Assembly (NCBI GenBank): GCA_964609085.1 | Contig: CAZSRZ010000002.1 | Coordinates: 29,477-93,476, forward strand | From: an uncultured bacterium | Lineage (GTDB): Bacteria; Armatimonadota; SYMT01 | Reading direction: 5' to 3' | DNA: 64,000 nucleotides | Shown here: in pieces, positions 36,231 to 48,178 of the stretch | How the letters are laid out: the number at the start of each line of letters is the position of its first letter | Numbering within the stretch: the stretch's first letter is position 1 | Notes under the pieces: generated by a model | Databases searched by the model: none | Seen by the model: only the letters and a program-made list of their open reading frames with translations | Told to the model about the DNA's origin: nothing | Made by a program: the position numbers and the translations under genes

Positions 36231-37277
36231 CTACAGGAGTACCCGCATTCCTGTCGCCGCGCTTTCGTAGGCGGCGAGGCACATCGCCGTGGAAACCTTT
36301 CCGCCGTGGGCGTCACAGTCCGGCAGTTCGTCGCGCAGCAACTGGTCAATCCAGGGTCGGGGGACGGCGGCGATCCGCTCGCCGTGGGTCTGCGGGATCG
36401 GCATGTGGATTTCCTCAAACCGCTGCCCCGCCCCGCGACGGAGCAGCTTCAGCGGGGCCGCCCCGGGCGGCGCGTGCGGGGTGGAGACGCCGTCGCCGAA
36501 GTAGTGGTGGAGCGTGGCCTGGTCGCCGTAGATCTCCGTGGTGATCTCGGCACCCAGGGTAACGGAGGCATTGTAGAGCAGGCCAAACGAGCGGTCGGCG
36601 AAGCGGTAGATTGCCATCCCGGTATCGTCCGGAGCGCAGTTCGTGAGCGCGTTGCCGATTTCCGCCATCACGCTGACCGGCTTGCCCAGCATCCAGTAGA
36701 GGAAGTCCGCAGCGTGGACGGCGTCGTCCATGAACATGCCTTTGTTGGCCACCGGTTCGATATGCCAGCGGCTGGGGCCGGTGACGAACGTCTCGTTGAA
36801 GAGGAGATTCAGGCAGTGTCGGCGGCGCAGGGTGCCGATCTTGCCGAAGATCCCCTCCTCTGCCATTTGCTTCATCCGCTGATTGACGGGATCGCAGCGC
36901 ATCTGGAACGCCATCCGCAGGGTGACTCCGGCCCGTTCTACCGCCTGGATGATCGTGTCGCAGTCCGCCACGGTGAGGGCCATCGGTTTCTGGAGCAGGA
37001 TCTGTTTGCCCGCCGCTGCCGCAGCAAGGCAGTGCGCCGTGTGTTTGTTGGTCTCACTGGTGACGATGACGGCGTCGATGTCCGGCCGACCGAGTAGATC
37101 CTCCAGGTGGGGAGAGTAGTCCATCCCGAAGGAGGCTGCCTGCTTCTCGCCCCGCGCGGTGTCATCGTCCCAGGCAGCCACCAGGCGCACGTCGTCCCAC
37201 TGCTTCATCTGGTTGCAGTACATGACGACGTGCCCGTGGGCGAAGCTGATCACCCCAATCCCGATCTTCTTCCCCAT
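36231..37277 (-). CDS. Gfo/Idh/MocA family oxidoreductase (cytoplasmic)
   Basis: MGKKIGIGVISFAHGHV Rossmann N-terminus and the LLQKPMAL motif. Confidence 0.85.
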   Translation of the reverse strand: MGKKIGIGVISFAHGHVVMYCNQMKQWDDVRLVAAWDDDTARGEKQAASFGMDYSPHLEDLLGRPDIDAVIVTSETNKHTAHCLAAAAAGKQILLQKPMALTVADCDTIIQAVERAGVTLRMAFQMRCDPVNQRMKQMAEEGIFGKIGTLRRRHCLNLLFNETFVTGPSRWHIEPVANKGMFMDDAVHAADFLYWMLGKPVSVMAEIGNALTNCAPDDTGMAIYRFADRSFGLLYNASVTLGAEITTEIYGDQATLHHYFGDGVSTPHAPPGAAPLKLLRRGAGQRFEEIHMPIPQTHGERIAAVPRPWIDQLLRDELPDCDAHGGKVSTAMCLAAYESAATGMRVLL

Positions 37278-37325
37278 CCGTTCGATCCGATCTCTCTCTG
37301 AAGCTCACCGACCCGTCGTGCCGGA

Positions 37326-38573
37326 TCAGGCTGAGGTCACCGACCACTGGTGCGGGCGCAGAGCCAGCGCCGTCCGGACGGCCTCTTCCAGTGGAAGCTG
37401 TCCCTTGGCGCGCTCCTCGATCAACTTTGCCTTGTCCGCCTCGGGCACGCCGCCGTTCAGCACCACGCCGCGGAAGATCTGATCGTGGTAGTAGCGGTTC
37501 TTCGCCACGACGGCATCGTGCACGGCCTTCGCCTGCGACGCGATGGGTCCGGCATCGATCATCGCCAGGTTCACGCCCTGGGCCAGCGCTGCGGCGTCCG
37601 TGGTGAGCACCATCTCATCGTCGATGCGGATGTTGTAGCTGCCGGATTTCAGTCCTGTAACTCGCAGCACGTAGCGGTTGAGTTCCTCGACGATCGGCAC
37701 CCACTCCAGAATTGCGCGCCCACGCGGATCAATGTGCCAGGGCAGCGCGTCATCCGCGCGCTCGAAACTGATTCCACCGCGCTCGCTCTTCAGCTTGCTG
37801 ATCTTGCATCCGACGGCCTTTCCGGCGCGACGACGGCCGGCATCCACGGCGGCTTCGGTGACGAGTGGCCCGGCACCGAGGCCCTTGAGGATCGCCCACG
37901 CCATGAGATACTGCCCCGTCGCCCCGGGGTGGACGGCGTCCCCGCCGTTGATCCGGAGTTTTGGATCGCGGTCACGGGCCTTCTGGAGGGCGGCGACGTG
38001 CGGATGGAACTGATCGACGAAGGTAAAGCCGTTCTCGTCGGCCACGGCTTTGGCATTAGCCGCAAACGTCTCCAGGGTCTGGTTGTAGCCTTCCAGCGCG
38101 GAGCCGTCTTCTTTTTTCTCCACCGGGCTGGATGAGAGGATGGCGGTGCGCACCTTCGCGGCTTTGAGCTGTTCCGCCATTCCCTTTAGCCCGACGACGT
38201 AGGCCTGCAGCCGGGCGGGGTCCGGCGGCTGTCGGTAGCCGCCATCGTTCATGCCGAAGGTAATGGTGCACGCCGTGGGCTGGAACGTGAGGATGTCGCG
38301 GACCGTTCGGCGGTTGCCGCCCGTCGAGGTGTCGCCGCCGATGCCCACATTCCGGAACGCCAGGCTCCACGTTGGGTGGCGGCTGACGACAAAGGCCTCG
38401 ACGTAGTTGGAGTGGAGGAGTTGCTCGGTGATGCTGTCCCCGATCATCACCACGCGATCGCCATCCCGAAAGAAGCCAGCGGGAGCATCCGCGGCCAGAA
38501 TCGGCCGGCCCAGGTCGTGAGCGCCCAGCGTCAGGGCGGAGGCCGTCAGGCCCAGAAAACATCTTCGATCCAT
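37326..38573 (-). CDS. Tat-exported SGNH/GDSL-family hydrolase with C-terminal beta-rich domain
   Basis: Tat signal MDRRCFLGLTASALTLGA. GDSL block I is VVMIGDSITEQ, and the DAVHP catalytic His block is present. Confidence 0.8.
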   Translation of the reverse strand: MDRRCFLGLTASALTLGAHDLGRPILAADAPAGFFRDGDRVVMIGDSITEQLLHSNYVEAFVVSRHPTWSLAFRNVGIGGDTSTGGNRRTVRDILTFQPTACTITFGMNDGGYRQPPDPARLQAYVVGLKGMAEQLKAAKVRTAILSSSPVEKKEDGSALEGYNQTLETFAANAKAVADENGFTFVDQFHPHVAALQKARDRDPKLRINGGDAVHPGATGQYLMAWAILKGLGAGPLVTEAAVDAGRRRAGKAVGCKISKLKSERGGISFERADDALPWHIDPRGRAILEWVPIVEELNRYVLRVTGLKSGSYNIRIDDEMVLTTDAAALAQGVNLAMIDAGPIASQAKAVHDAVVAKNRYYHDQIFRGVVLNGGVPEADKAKLIEERAKGQLPLEEAVRTALALRPHQWSVTSA

Positions 38574-39024
38574 CACGCCGCTCCTCTCGTCCCGACCGTG
38601 TGCCCGGACACTCCCCACCCATTCGGGACGGGAGCCCAACGTCCCTTCACGACGCCACAGGCGAGGGGACGGGTATCGGGCTCGAGGAGGCCGGAATCAC
38701 CGATTCTTGGGATGAGCCGGGCGATGGACGGCTTCCACCTGGGGGTCGATTGCTGCGGGAGCCGCCGCGGCACGGCCCGCATCCGCCATGGAAGCGCGGC
38801 CGCTCGCGGCGATTGCACTGGCGACGGGGGAATCGCATCATCATCCGCCTCCCACGGTTGGCGGGCGATCCGGCGCGGCGCATACTTCATGCAGCGGGTC
38901 CTTCGATTGACACCGGATGGCACCTGCCGCCGCACTTGCCGACTCCGCCTCGGCGGAAACGCACTGGGCGGATGCGGCCCTCCCTTTCTCGACCACCGCT
39001 CCGCGGAGATTGCCCGGCCCCGCC

Positions 39025-42000
39025 ATGTCGTTCGTGCACCTGCACTGTCACACCGAAGGCAGCCTGCTCGACGGCATGTGTCGCTCCAAGGACATGGCCC
39101 GGCAGGCAGCCGAGTTCGGGATGCCTGCCGTGGCCATCACCGATCACGGCGTGATGTACAACGTCATCCAGTTCTACGAGAACTGCACCGACGCCGGAGT
39201 GAAGCCGATCATCGGCTGCGAGGTGTACGTGGCCCCCGGCAAGCGGCAGGAGCGGGGGAGAGGTAGGGGAGAGGACAACTATTACCACATGCTCCTGCTC
39301 GCGCAGAACGAGCAGGGTTACAAGAACCTCATCAAGCTCGTCAGTCGCGGCTACCTGGAGGGGTTTTACTACAAGCCCCGCGTGGACAAAGAGCTGCTCT
39401 CCGAGTACAGCGAGGGCCTCATCGCCACCAGCGCCTGTCTCGGCGGAGAGATCTGCAACGCCATCCTGCGGGGTGAGCTGAAGCAGGCGAGATACCGGGC
39501 TTCGCAGTTGCGGGAGATCTACGGCCCGGAGCGGTTCTTCCTGGAGCTGCAGAACCACGGTCTACCCGACCAGCAGGTGGCCAATGAGGAACTGGTGCGC
39601 ATCGCCGCGGAGTTGAGCATCCCGCTGGTGGCGACGAACGATGTCCACTACCTGCGGACGCAGGACGCCGATCCGCACGAAGTGCTGCTGTGCATCCAGA
39701 CCGGCCACACGATGAACGACGCCAAACGGCTGCGCTACGGGCCGCCGAATTTCTACCTCCGCAGCCCGGAAGAGATGGCCACGCTCTTCGCCGCCTGGCC
39801 CGAAGCACTGGAGAACACTCTCCGGATTGCCGACCAGTGCAACTTCAAGTTCGACTTCACCCAGACCCACCTCCCGCACTGCGACGTGCCGAAGGGGCAC
39901 ACTCACGACACCTGGCTGGAACGACTCTGCCGCGAAGCGATCCCCGACAAGTACCCCTTCGTCACCGAGGAGTTGGAGCAGCGCCTCGTCTACGAACTGG
40001 ACGTCATCCGGACCAAGGGCTACTCCGCCTACTTCCTGATCGTGCACGACTTCGTCCGCTTCGGCCGGAGCCGGGGCATCATGTCCCAGGCCCGGGGCTC
40101 GGCAGCCGGCAGTCTCGTTTCCTTCCTGCTCGGCCTGACCGTCATCGATCCGCTGCGCTACAACCTGCTCTTCGAGCGCTTCCTCAACCGCGATCGCAAG
40201 TCGATGCCCGACATCGACCTGGATTTCGCGGACGACCGGCGGGATGAGGTGATCCAGTACTGCCGTGACCGTTACGGCGCAGATCACGTTGCCCAGATCA
40301 TCGCCTTCGGAACCATGGCGGCCAAGGCGGCAGTACGCGATGCCGGCCGTGCCCTGGAGTACCCGATCCCCGAAGTGGATCGTGTCGCCAAACTGATCCC
40401 GACCACGCCCGGCACCCGCCTGGACGAAACGCTGACGGGCGTGCCCGAACTGAAGACGATGTATGACGGTGACGAGCGCGTGCGCAAGCTCGTCGATGCG
40501 GCCCGGAGCGTGGAGGGGCTCTACCGCCACGCCAGCGTGCATGCCGCGGGGGTGGTGATCACCCGCGAGCCCGTCATGGAATACGCCCCCGTTCAGCGGA
40601 TGACCGACGACAACATCGCGATCCAGTACGAGATGAACGACGCCGAGAAGATCGGCCTCGTCAAGATGGACTTCCTGGGTCTGCGCAACCTGACCGTCGT
40701 GGACGGGTGCCTGCGGGCACTCCGCGAGAGCCGCGGCATCGACATCGTCCTGAAGGATGTGCCGCTGGACGATCCTCGCACGTACCACCTTCTCCAGCAG
40801 GGCGATTCGATCGGCGTGTTCCAATTCGAGTCGGCCGGAATGCAGAAACTGCTCCGCAGCCTGCGCCCGGACCGTCTGGAGGACCTGATCGCCCTCGTCG
40901 CCCTGTATAGGCCCGGGCCGCTGCAGAGCGGCATGGCGGAGCAGTTCGTGCGCCGCAAACACGGCCTCGAGCCGATCCGCTACGAGCACCCTCTGCTAGA
41001 GCCGATCCTCTCCAACAGCTACGGCATCGTGCTCTATCAGGAGCAAGTCATGCAGATCACGATGGCCATGTCGGGCTTCTCCGCCGGGCAGGCCGAAGCC
41101 GCGATGAAGGCGATGAGCAAGAAGAAAGCGGACGTGATGGTCCGCCTGAAGCCCGAGTTCCTGGAGGGCGCCGTAGAACGCGGCGTGGATAGGAAGATCG
41201 CGGAGCAAATCTACGAGGTGATGTACAACTTCGCCTCCTACGGCTTCAACTTGAACCACAGCGCCGCCTACGCCGTGTTGAGCTACCACACCGCATATCT
41301 GAAGGCGAACTATCCCTGCGAGTTCATGGCCAACAACCTCTCATCCATCGTGGACAAGAAGGACAAGCTGGCGCTCTACATCCACGACGTGCGCCGGACG
41401 GGGATAGAGTTGCGCCCGCCAAGCGTCCAGGAGAGCCGCGCCGAGTTCACCGTCGAAGCCCTGCCGGATGAGCGGGCGGGAACGCGGGGCGCGATCCGCA
41501 TGGGGCTGGATGCCATCAAGTCTGTCGGCAGGCCGGCCGTCGAGGCCATTCTCCGCGCCCGGGAAGCCGGGCCGTTCCGTGGGTTTACGGACTTCGTCCG
41601 CCGCATCTGCGCAGCGGCGGAGGGTGCCCCCATCAACAAGACCGCGATCGAGAATCTGATCAAGTGCGGGGCGCTGGATGGCCTGCCCGGGCATCGAGCG
41701 CAGTTCCTGGCTGTGCTCGAGCCGGCACTTGGTGCGGCCTCCGCGGCGAGGCGGCAGGCGGCGTGTGGGCAGGGCTCCCTCTTTGGGGGGGATGAGTCGG
41801 ACGGCGACTCCGAGTTGCCGTTGCCCCACGCACCGCACCTTTCTCGCCGTGACGCCCTCTCGCTCGAACGCGAGCTGCTTGGGGTCTACGTCTCCGACCA
41901 CCCCCTTCGCGAGGTAGAAGGCGCGCTGCGCAGCGTGGTCTCCACCCTGGCCGCAGAGTTGCCCGAGCGCAAGGATCGCGACGAGGTCACGATCGGAGGC

Positions 42001-42495
42001 TGCATTTCCCAGGTGACCACGCGGTACACCAAAAAGAATGAGGCGATGGCGAACGTCGTCCTCGAAGACGTGACGGGTCAGATGACGGTAGTGTTCTTTC
42101 CTCGAACCTACGAGAAGTACCGCGATGAGTTGGTGGCGGAGAGAATCGTCATCATCAAGGGTCGAGCCAGCGTCCGTGATCGTCTCGGCGAGGACGAAGA
42201 CACGCCGGCCACCGTCGAGGTGAGGGGCGAAGAGGTGACCATTCTGGAAACACCGTCCACCTCGCGGCAGCCTCGCGTCCATGTGAAGCTGAGACAGGCT
42301 CGCCGCCAGGAGTTGCTGACGATGAAGCACATCTTTGCCGCCAACCCCGGGCCCGCGCCCTTGTTGGTGCACATCGAGGGTGACGGCTCGGAGGAGACGG
42401 TCATCTCGAGCCTCCGGGTGGATCTCAGTCCGAAGCTGGTGCAGGAATTGAGCGCCGTGGCCGGGCGTGCAGGCGGGATGGTCTGGGTGGAGTGA
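39025..42495 (+). CDS. dnaE: DNA polymerase III subunit alpha
   Basis: PHP domain start MSFVHLHCHTEGSLLDG, polymerase core, and the OB-fold C-terminus. 1,156 aa. Confidence 0.95.
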   Translation: MSFVHLHCHTEGSLLDGMCRSKDMARQAAEFGMPAVAITDHGVMYNVIQFYENCTDAGVKPIIGCEVYVAPGKRQERGRGRGEDNYYHMLLLAQNEQGYKNLIKLVSRGYLEGFYYKPRVDKELLSEYSEGLIATSACLGGEICNAILRGELKQARYRASQLREIYGPERFFLELQNHGLPDQQVANEELVRIAAELSIPLVATNDVHYLRTQDADPHEVLLCIQTGHTMNDAKRLRYGPPNFYLRSPEEMATLFAAWPEALENTLRIADQCNFKFDFTQTHLPHCDVPKGHTHDTWLERLCREAIPDKYPFVTEELEQRLVYELDVIRTKGYSAYFLIVHDFVRFGRSRGIMSQARGSAAGSLVSFLLGLTVIDPLRYNLLFERFLNRDRKSMPDIDLDFADDRRDEVIQYCRDRYGADHVAQIIAFGTMAAKAAVRDAGRALEYPIPEVDRVAKLIPTTPGTRLDETLTGVPELKTMYDGDERVRKLVDAARSVEGLYRHASVHAAGVVITREPVMEYAPVQRMTDDNIAIQYEMNDAEKIGLVKMDFLGLRNLTVVDGCLRALRESRGIDIVLKDVPLDDPRTYHLLQQGDSIGVFQFESAGMQKLLRSLRPDRLEDLIALVALYRPGPLQSGMAEQFVRRKHGLEPIRYEHPLLEPILSNSYGIVLYQEQVMQITMAMSGFSAGQAEAAMKAMSKKKADVMVRLKPEFLEGAVERGVDRKIAEQIYEVMYNFASYGFNLNHSAAYAVLSYHTAYLKANYPCEFMANNLSSIVDKKDKLALYIHDVRRTGIELRPPSVQESRAEFTVEALPDERAGTRGAIRMGLDAIKSVGRPAVEAILRAREAGPFRGFTDFVRRICAAAEGAPINKTAIENLIKCGALDGLPGHRAQFLAVLEPALGAASAARRQAACGQGSLFGGDESDGDSELPLPHAPHLSRRDALSLERELLGVYVSDHPLREVEGALRSVVSTLAAELPERKDRDEVTIGGCISQVTTRYTKKNEAMANVVLEDVTGQMTVVFFPRTYEKYRDELVAERIVIIKGRASVRDRLGEDEDTPATVEVRGEEVTILETPSTSRQPRVHVKLRQARRQELLTMKHIFAANPGPAPLLVHIEGDGSEETVISSLRVDLSPKLVQELSAVAGRAGGMVWVE

Positions 42496-42505
42496 GGAGA
42501 GCGCA

Positions 42506-44245
42506 ATGGATGACAGGGGAAAGCCAGAAGCGCGACGCGGTCGTCGGGTCACCCGCAGGGGTGCATTGGGCGCAGCCGCGGCCGCCGCGCTAGGCGCCGC
42601 CGTCGCGGCGGAAGCCCAGGGCACCCAGGAGCCGGTTTCCGCAGCGGATGTAACCGGCGCCGCCGATCTGGCCGGCCGCACCTTCACGGACGCCCAGAAG
42701 GCGGCGATGTCGCAGCGGCTCAACCGGACGCGAACGGGTCTACAGGCCCTGCGAGCAGTGGAAACCGGTCCGCTGGACGCCCCTGCATTTCATTTCGACC
42801 CCCGCGTGCCCGGGGTCGACTACCCCACGCGAACGGGAAGATTCCGCATCAGCGAGGCCCCGGTACCGGACTGGGACGGGGCGATCGAGAGTGTCGCCTT
42901 CCACTCGGTCACTGATCTCTCGCGGATGATCAAGTCCCGCGTGATCACCTCCTCCGCCCTGACCCGGATGTACTTCGAGCGCCTCAAGAAGTTCGGCCCG
43001 CCCCTGAATTGCGTGGTCACCATGATGGAGGAGCACGCGCTGGCGCAGGCTCAGCGCGCCGATGCCGAGATCGCGGCGGGCCGGTACCGGGGCCCGCTGC
43101 ACGGCATCCCCTGGGGCGCGAAGGACTTGCTGGCCACGAAAAGTGTCCGCACCACCTGGGGCGCGAAACCCTTCGAGAGCCAGATATTCGACTACGACGC
43201 CACCGTCGTCCGCAAGCTGGACGCCGCCGGCGCCGTGTTGATGTGCAAACTGACTACCGGCGAACTCGCCCTCGGCGATCTCTGGTTCGGTGGCCGCACC
43301 CGCAACCCGTGGGACCCCCGACAGGGGAGCAGCGGCTCGTCGGCCGGACCCGGCAGCGCGACCGCGGCCGGCCTGCTCGCGTTCGCCATCGGCAGTGAGA
43401 CGCTGGGCAGCATCGTCAGCCCCTCGGTCGTCAACGGCGTCACCGGGCTTCGCCCCACCTTCGGACGGGTGAGCCGCCATGGTGCCATGCCGCTGTCGTG
43501 GACCATGGACAAGCTCGGCCCCATGTGCCGGGGGGTGGAAGACTGCGCCGTGATCTTGCGAGCGATCATGGGCCCCGACGGCCACGACCCCACCGTGACC
43601 GAGCAGACCTTCGAGTGGGATCCCGACAAGGGTCTGGCAGATCTCCGGGTCGGCTACGATCCCGCCGCTTTCGAAGGCGGGGGGAGAACTCCCAGCCGCA
43701 AGCCGGTGTACGACGAGGTTCTGAAGGTACTCCGCGACAAGTTGGGATTGAAGCTGATTCCGGTCAAGCTGCCGGATCGAAGCGCGGCGTATGAAGCCCT
43801 TGCCGGCCTGACCATCGACGTGGAGTCGGCGGCGGCGTTTTCCCGACTGGTCGAGGACGGCCGGCTCGATACTCTGGCCGGCCCCACCTGGCCGCTGACG
43901 TTCCGCTCCGGCAGCCTGATCCCGGCGGCGGACTACATCCAGGCGATGCGCGTCCGCGCCCAGCTTCAGCGCGCCATGCATGTGGCACTCAAGGACGTGG
44001 ACCTCTACGTCACGGTGCCGTTCGCCGGTCCGACGATCTTCTACACGAATCTGACCGGCCACCCAACGCTGATCACTCGCTGCGGCATGCAGGACGATCA
44101 ACCCGTTTCCATCGAGATCACCGGCAACCTCTATCGGGAAGATGCGATCCTGCGCCTGGGTCGCGCCTTTGAGCAGGCGACAGAGTGGCACCGAAAGTGG
44201 CCGGACCCGGAGCGCACCATCAAGAAGCTCCAGGCACCCGCCTGA
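42506..44245 (+). CDS. Tat-exported amidase (amidase-signature family)
   Basis: Tat signal RRGRRVTRRGALGAAAAAALGAAVA. AS-family Gly/Ser-rich motif GSSGSSAGPGSATAAGL ... GSETLGSIVSPS. RBS GGAGAG precedes the ATG, which follows the dnaE stop immediately. Confidence 0.85.
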   Translation: MDDRGKPEARRGRRVTRRGALGAAAAAALGAAVAAEAQGTQEPVSAADVTGAADLAGRTFTDAQKAAMSQRLNRTRTGLQALRAVETGPLDAPAFHFDPRVPGVDYPTRTGRFRISEAPVPDWDGAIESVAFHSVTDLSRMIKSRVITSSALTRMYFERLKKFGPPLNCVVTMMEEHALAQAQRADAEIAAGRYRGPLHGIPWGAKDLLATKSVRTTWGAKPFESQIFDYDATVVRKLDAAGAVLMCKLTTGELALGDLWFGGRTRNPWDPRQGSSGSSAGPGSATAAGLLAFAIGSETLGSIVSPSVVNGVTGLRPTFGRVSRHGAMPLSWTMDKLGPMCRGVEDCAVILRAIMGPDGHDPTVTEQTFEWDPDKGLADLRVGYDPAAFEGGGRTPSRKPVYDEVLKVLRDKLGLKLIPVKLPDRSAAYEALAGLTIDVESAAAFSRLVEDGRLDTLAGPTWPLTFRSGSLIPAADYIQAMRVRAQLQRAMHVALKDVDLYVTVPFAGPTIFYTNLTGHPTLITRCGMQDDQPVSIEITGNLYREDAILRLGRAFEQATEWHRKWPDPERTIKKLQAPA

Positions 44246-44293
44246 GGCATGCCCGGGGCGTTGGGCGAGGTCGAACAAGCAGCGGGGGACCGG

Positions 44294-45031
44294 ATGAACG
44301 GCATGGAGCACCGGCGAGGCTTCACCCTGATCGAACTACTGGTGGTGATCGCCATCATCGCCATCCTCGCGGCGATGCTCTTCCCCGTGTTTGCCCAGGC
44401 GCGCGAGGCAGCCCGGCGCACCACCTGTCTCTCCAACATGCGTCAGCTCGGTACCGCCTTGACGATGTACATCGGCGACTACGACGAGTTCTATTTCTTC
44501 TTCGGACACAACAGCCAGCTCAGCAGGGTCAACCCCGCAGTTCCGCTCGGCGCAACCCGGGAGAACCGGTGGTGGAACCAGATCCTTCCCTACACTCGGA
44601 CAGGCGGGTCGCTGATCGTCTGCCCGTCGGACAACGGGAAGTTGCCCCACGCGACCGAGGACGGTCAGGCCGGGCGACCGCTCGTTCCCCGGTCCTACGT
44701 CGCAAACCGAATGGTGGAGGCGCTCTCCATGGCCCAGGTCGATCGCCCGGCGGACGTGGTGCTGGTGACCGAGAAGGGCGACAGGTTCGACGACTCCTGG
44801 TATGAGCCGCCGAAGAACCTGTACGACAAGCCGGGCTTTGGCGAGCCGGTGCTGGCCATGCGTCGGCATGCGGTGGGTGCCAACGCCATGTTCTGTGACG
44901 GCCACGCAAAGTGGCTCGGCAACGGGACGTGGCTGCGGGATCCCTGCGGGGATCCCTGGTCGGGCGTCTCGTTGATGCGTCTCTACCCCATCCCAGGCGC
45001 GGCGCCCTGGCATCCCAACTGTCCGAACTGA
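44294..45031 (+). CDS. DUF1559 protein with prepilin-type N-terminal cleavage/methylation domain (H-X9-DG family)
   Basis: [45 protein letters not shown] is the type-IV-pilin-like N-terminus, and the C-terminal FCDGHAKW is an H-X9-DG-like motif. Confidence 0.8.
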   Translation: MNGMEHRRGFTLIELLVVIAIIAILAAMLFPVFAQAREAARRTTCLSNMRQLGTALTMYIGDYDEFYFFFGHNSQLSRVNPAVPLGATRENRWWNQILPYTRTGGSLIVCPSDNGKLPHATEDGQAGRPLVPRSYVANRMVEALSMAQVDRPADVVLVTEKGDRFDDSWYEPPKNLYDKPGFGEPVLAMRRHAVGANAMFCDGHAKWLGNGTWLRDPCGDPWSGVSLMRLYPIPGAAPWHPNCPN

Positions 45032-46854
45032 GCGGCAGAGCGCGGGGCGGTGCACTTCAGGTCGGGCGAGAACTCTGAGGTGTAGGGGGTCGAGCCGGCG
45101 ACAGTCGAGGTAAAGCAGAGCTTTTTGGCCTCTCCACAGGTGATGGCGCCTGCTATCGGCCAGGTGAACGATCCGTCCGCCTCGGCGGTCACCCGTCCAA
45201 GAAAGACCACGCCTTCGCCGTTCTTTGGGTTGCCTGTGCGGGCACCCGTCTCTCGCCGGAAGACATCGACCACGCTCGCGGGTACGGTGCGGCCGAGCAC
45301 TTTCATGGAGACATCGTCGTGCCTGAGTCGGTCGGGGCATGGGATGTTCTCATTGGTCCGGCGCGGCGTGCTGTTCGGCGTGACGCCGATTGGGAGCAGG
45401 TCGATGCCGGGACCGCCGTTGGCGCCCATTGCCACCCCAGACACCCGAACACGCGACTGGGGCCCGACGAAAACACCGGCCTCGGCGTTCCCCTTGACCT
45501 CGCCTCCCACGACCTCCGCAAGCACTTTCCTGGTGCAGTAGATCCCCGAGCCGCCGCAATCTCGGATCAGGTTGTCCGTCAGCCGTGAGACGCCCTCACC
45601 CGGGTGGATGTACACGCCCGAGTTCGTGGCCCGCAGCACCGTGTTTCCTCGCAACTCCGCGACGGCCGAGGGCACGGACAGGTTGACGCCGATGCCTGTG
45701 GTCCTCTCCACGGTGTTGCTCTCGATGCTGGAGGTGCCCAGGCTCGTCAGGTCGATCCCGATGCCGGGTCGCCGGCCGGTGCCGGCGCGAACAATCGTGT
45801 TGTTGCGGCAGATCAGGGTGTTGTCCGGACCGCAGCCCAGCTCGAGCGCAAACCGGCTGCTCCGGATGTTGTTGTTTTCCACGATGGCCGTGAGCGTTCC
45901 GCTCCCCGCCACGCAACGGACCCCGGTCGGTGCGTCCGAAACGCTGTTGTACTCCACGCGGATCTCGCCGCCACCCGCATCCAACTCATGCGAGCCGACG
46001 GCGATCCCGGCCCCCCTCAGCGTGTTTTGGATCACTCGGGTATCCCGTCGGTAGCATTCAATCCCCACGTTCGAGATGGAAGACAGCAGCTCGTTGTCCT
46101 GGATCAGGACTTCACCCAGGCTCGTGTGCAGCGACTCGACCAGGATGCCGAAGCCGGGCGGATCTTCGAAGCGGTTGCCGCGGATTTCGCCGGACAGGCA
46201 CGCTGATCGCAGGTTCGTTCCCTCGAACCCGTTCGCCTGGACGATCAGCCCGTTGCCCGCCACCTCGAACAGACCCGTCTCGCCGCCCCTAATCAGGTTG
46301 CCGATCACTCGCAGCCGCGTCGTCTGGTGCCCCTCGATCGCGGCCGCGGGTGAGCCGAGGAAGGAGTTCGGCTCGTCCAGGCTGCCGATCTCGGTGTCGG
46401 CGGCGCCAGGCTGCACCAGGATGGATCCGTTCTTGCCGGTGAAGGTGCAACCCAGGACGCTGACTCCACTCACGCCCTGGGCGATCTGCAGTTGCAGGTT
46501 CTTCCAACCCAGCCCCCGCAGTTGGGTGGAGCTGCCCCGCACGATGACAGTCGCGGGCTTTCGCCCCCGCGCCACGCTGCCGGGTCCCCGAATGGTGAGC
46601 GCCGTCAAAGCCGCCGGGATTTCGAGCGGGCCGGCGAGCACGATTTCCCGTGCCTGGGGAAAGGCGATGGTGTCCCCGGATTGGGCAGCCGACAGGATCA
46701 GGGCACGGAGCGAGCCTGCCGGCGGCGACGCAAGATCATCCGAGAAGTTGGTGAGGTTGTGGGTCACGGCTCCACGGCTGCCCACAGCCAGGAGCAGCGT
46801 GAGACCAGGGATGACGGCCGCCGAAACGATCCGTCGGAGCGCGGAGTGTGGCAT
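44983..46854 (-). CDS. Secreted right-handed parallel beta-helix repeat protein
   Basis: Signal peptide [25 protein letters not shown]. Repeated NN.I..N / G.G.I motifs typical of pectate-lyase/NosD-like beta-helices. The true ATG is at 46854; the ORF-track extension to 48252 is antisense to sucC. Its 3' end overlaps the DUF1559 gene by 49 nt. Confidence 0.7.
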   Translation of the reverse strand: MPHSALRRIVSAAVIPGLTLLLAVGSRGAVTHNLTNFSDDLASPPAGSLRALILSAAQSGDTIAFPQAREIVLAGPLEIPAALTALTIRGPGSVARGRKPATVIVRGSSTQLRGLGWKNLQLQIAQGVSGVSVLGCTFTGKNGSILVQPGAADTEIGSLDEPNSFLGSPAAAIEGHQTTRLRVIGNLIRGGETGLFEVAGNGLIVQANGFEGTNLRSACLSGEIRGNRFEDPPGFGILVESLHTSLGEVLIQDNELLSSISNVGIECYRRDTRVIQNTLRGAGIAVGSHELDAGGGEIRVEYNSVSDAPTGVRCVAGSGTLTAIVENNNIRSSRFALELGCGPDNTLICRNNTIVRAGTGRRPGIGIDLTSLGTSSIESNTVERTTGIGVNLSVPSAVAELRGNTVLRATNSGVYIHPGEGVSRLTDNLIRDCGGSGIYCTRKVLAEVVGGEVKGNAEAGVFVGPQSRVRVSGVAMGANGGPGIDLLPIGVTPNSTPRRTNENIPCPDRLRHDDVSMKVLGRTVPASVVDVFRRETGARTGNPKNGEGVVFLGRVTAEADGSFTWPIAGAITCGEAKKLCFTSTVAGSTPYTSEFSPDLKCTAPRSAAQFGQLGCQGAAPGMG

Positions 46855-46989
46855 GGCGGATTCCCCCGCGGAGATAGGCGTCACGGACTGTTCAACGACC
46901 AGGCTTTCCGGGCCTGCCCGAGCGGGAAAGTGGCGGCCGGGCGGCGTGATACGATTGCTGGGCCCCGGCCATCGGCCGTCGGGGCGGGA

Positions 46990-48171
<1,182 letters not shown>

Positions 48172-48178
48172 CCGTCCG

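Noticed and set aside
39562-42723. Two long minus-strand ORFs (475 aa and 460 aa)
   Set aside because: Both lie antisense inside dnaE. High-GC artefacts with no recognisable motifs.
42740-44311. 523-aa minus-strand ORF
   Set aside because: Antisense to the Tat-amidase gene, which carries an unmistakable amidase-signature motif.
44249-45031. Type IV pilus operon
   Set aside because: The prepilin-like N-terminus belongs to a DUF1559/H-X9-DG protein, a large Planctomycete paralog family unrelated to pilus biogenesis loci. No pilB/pilC/pilD genes are nearby.
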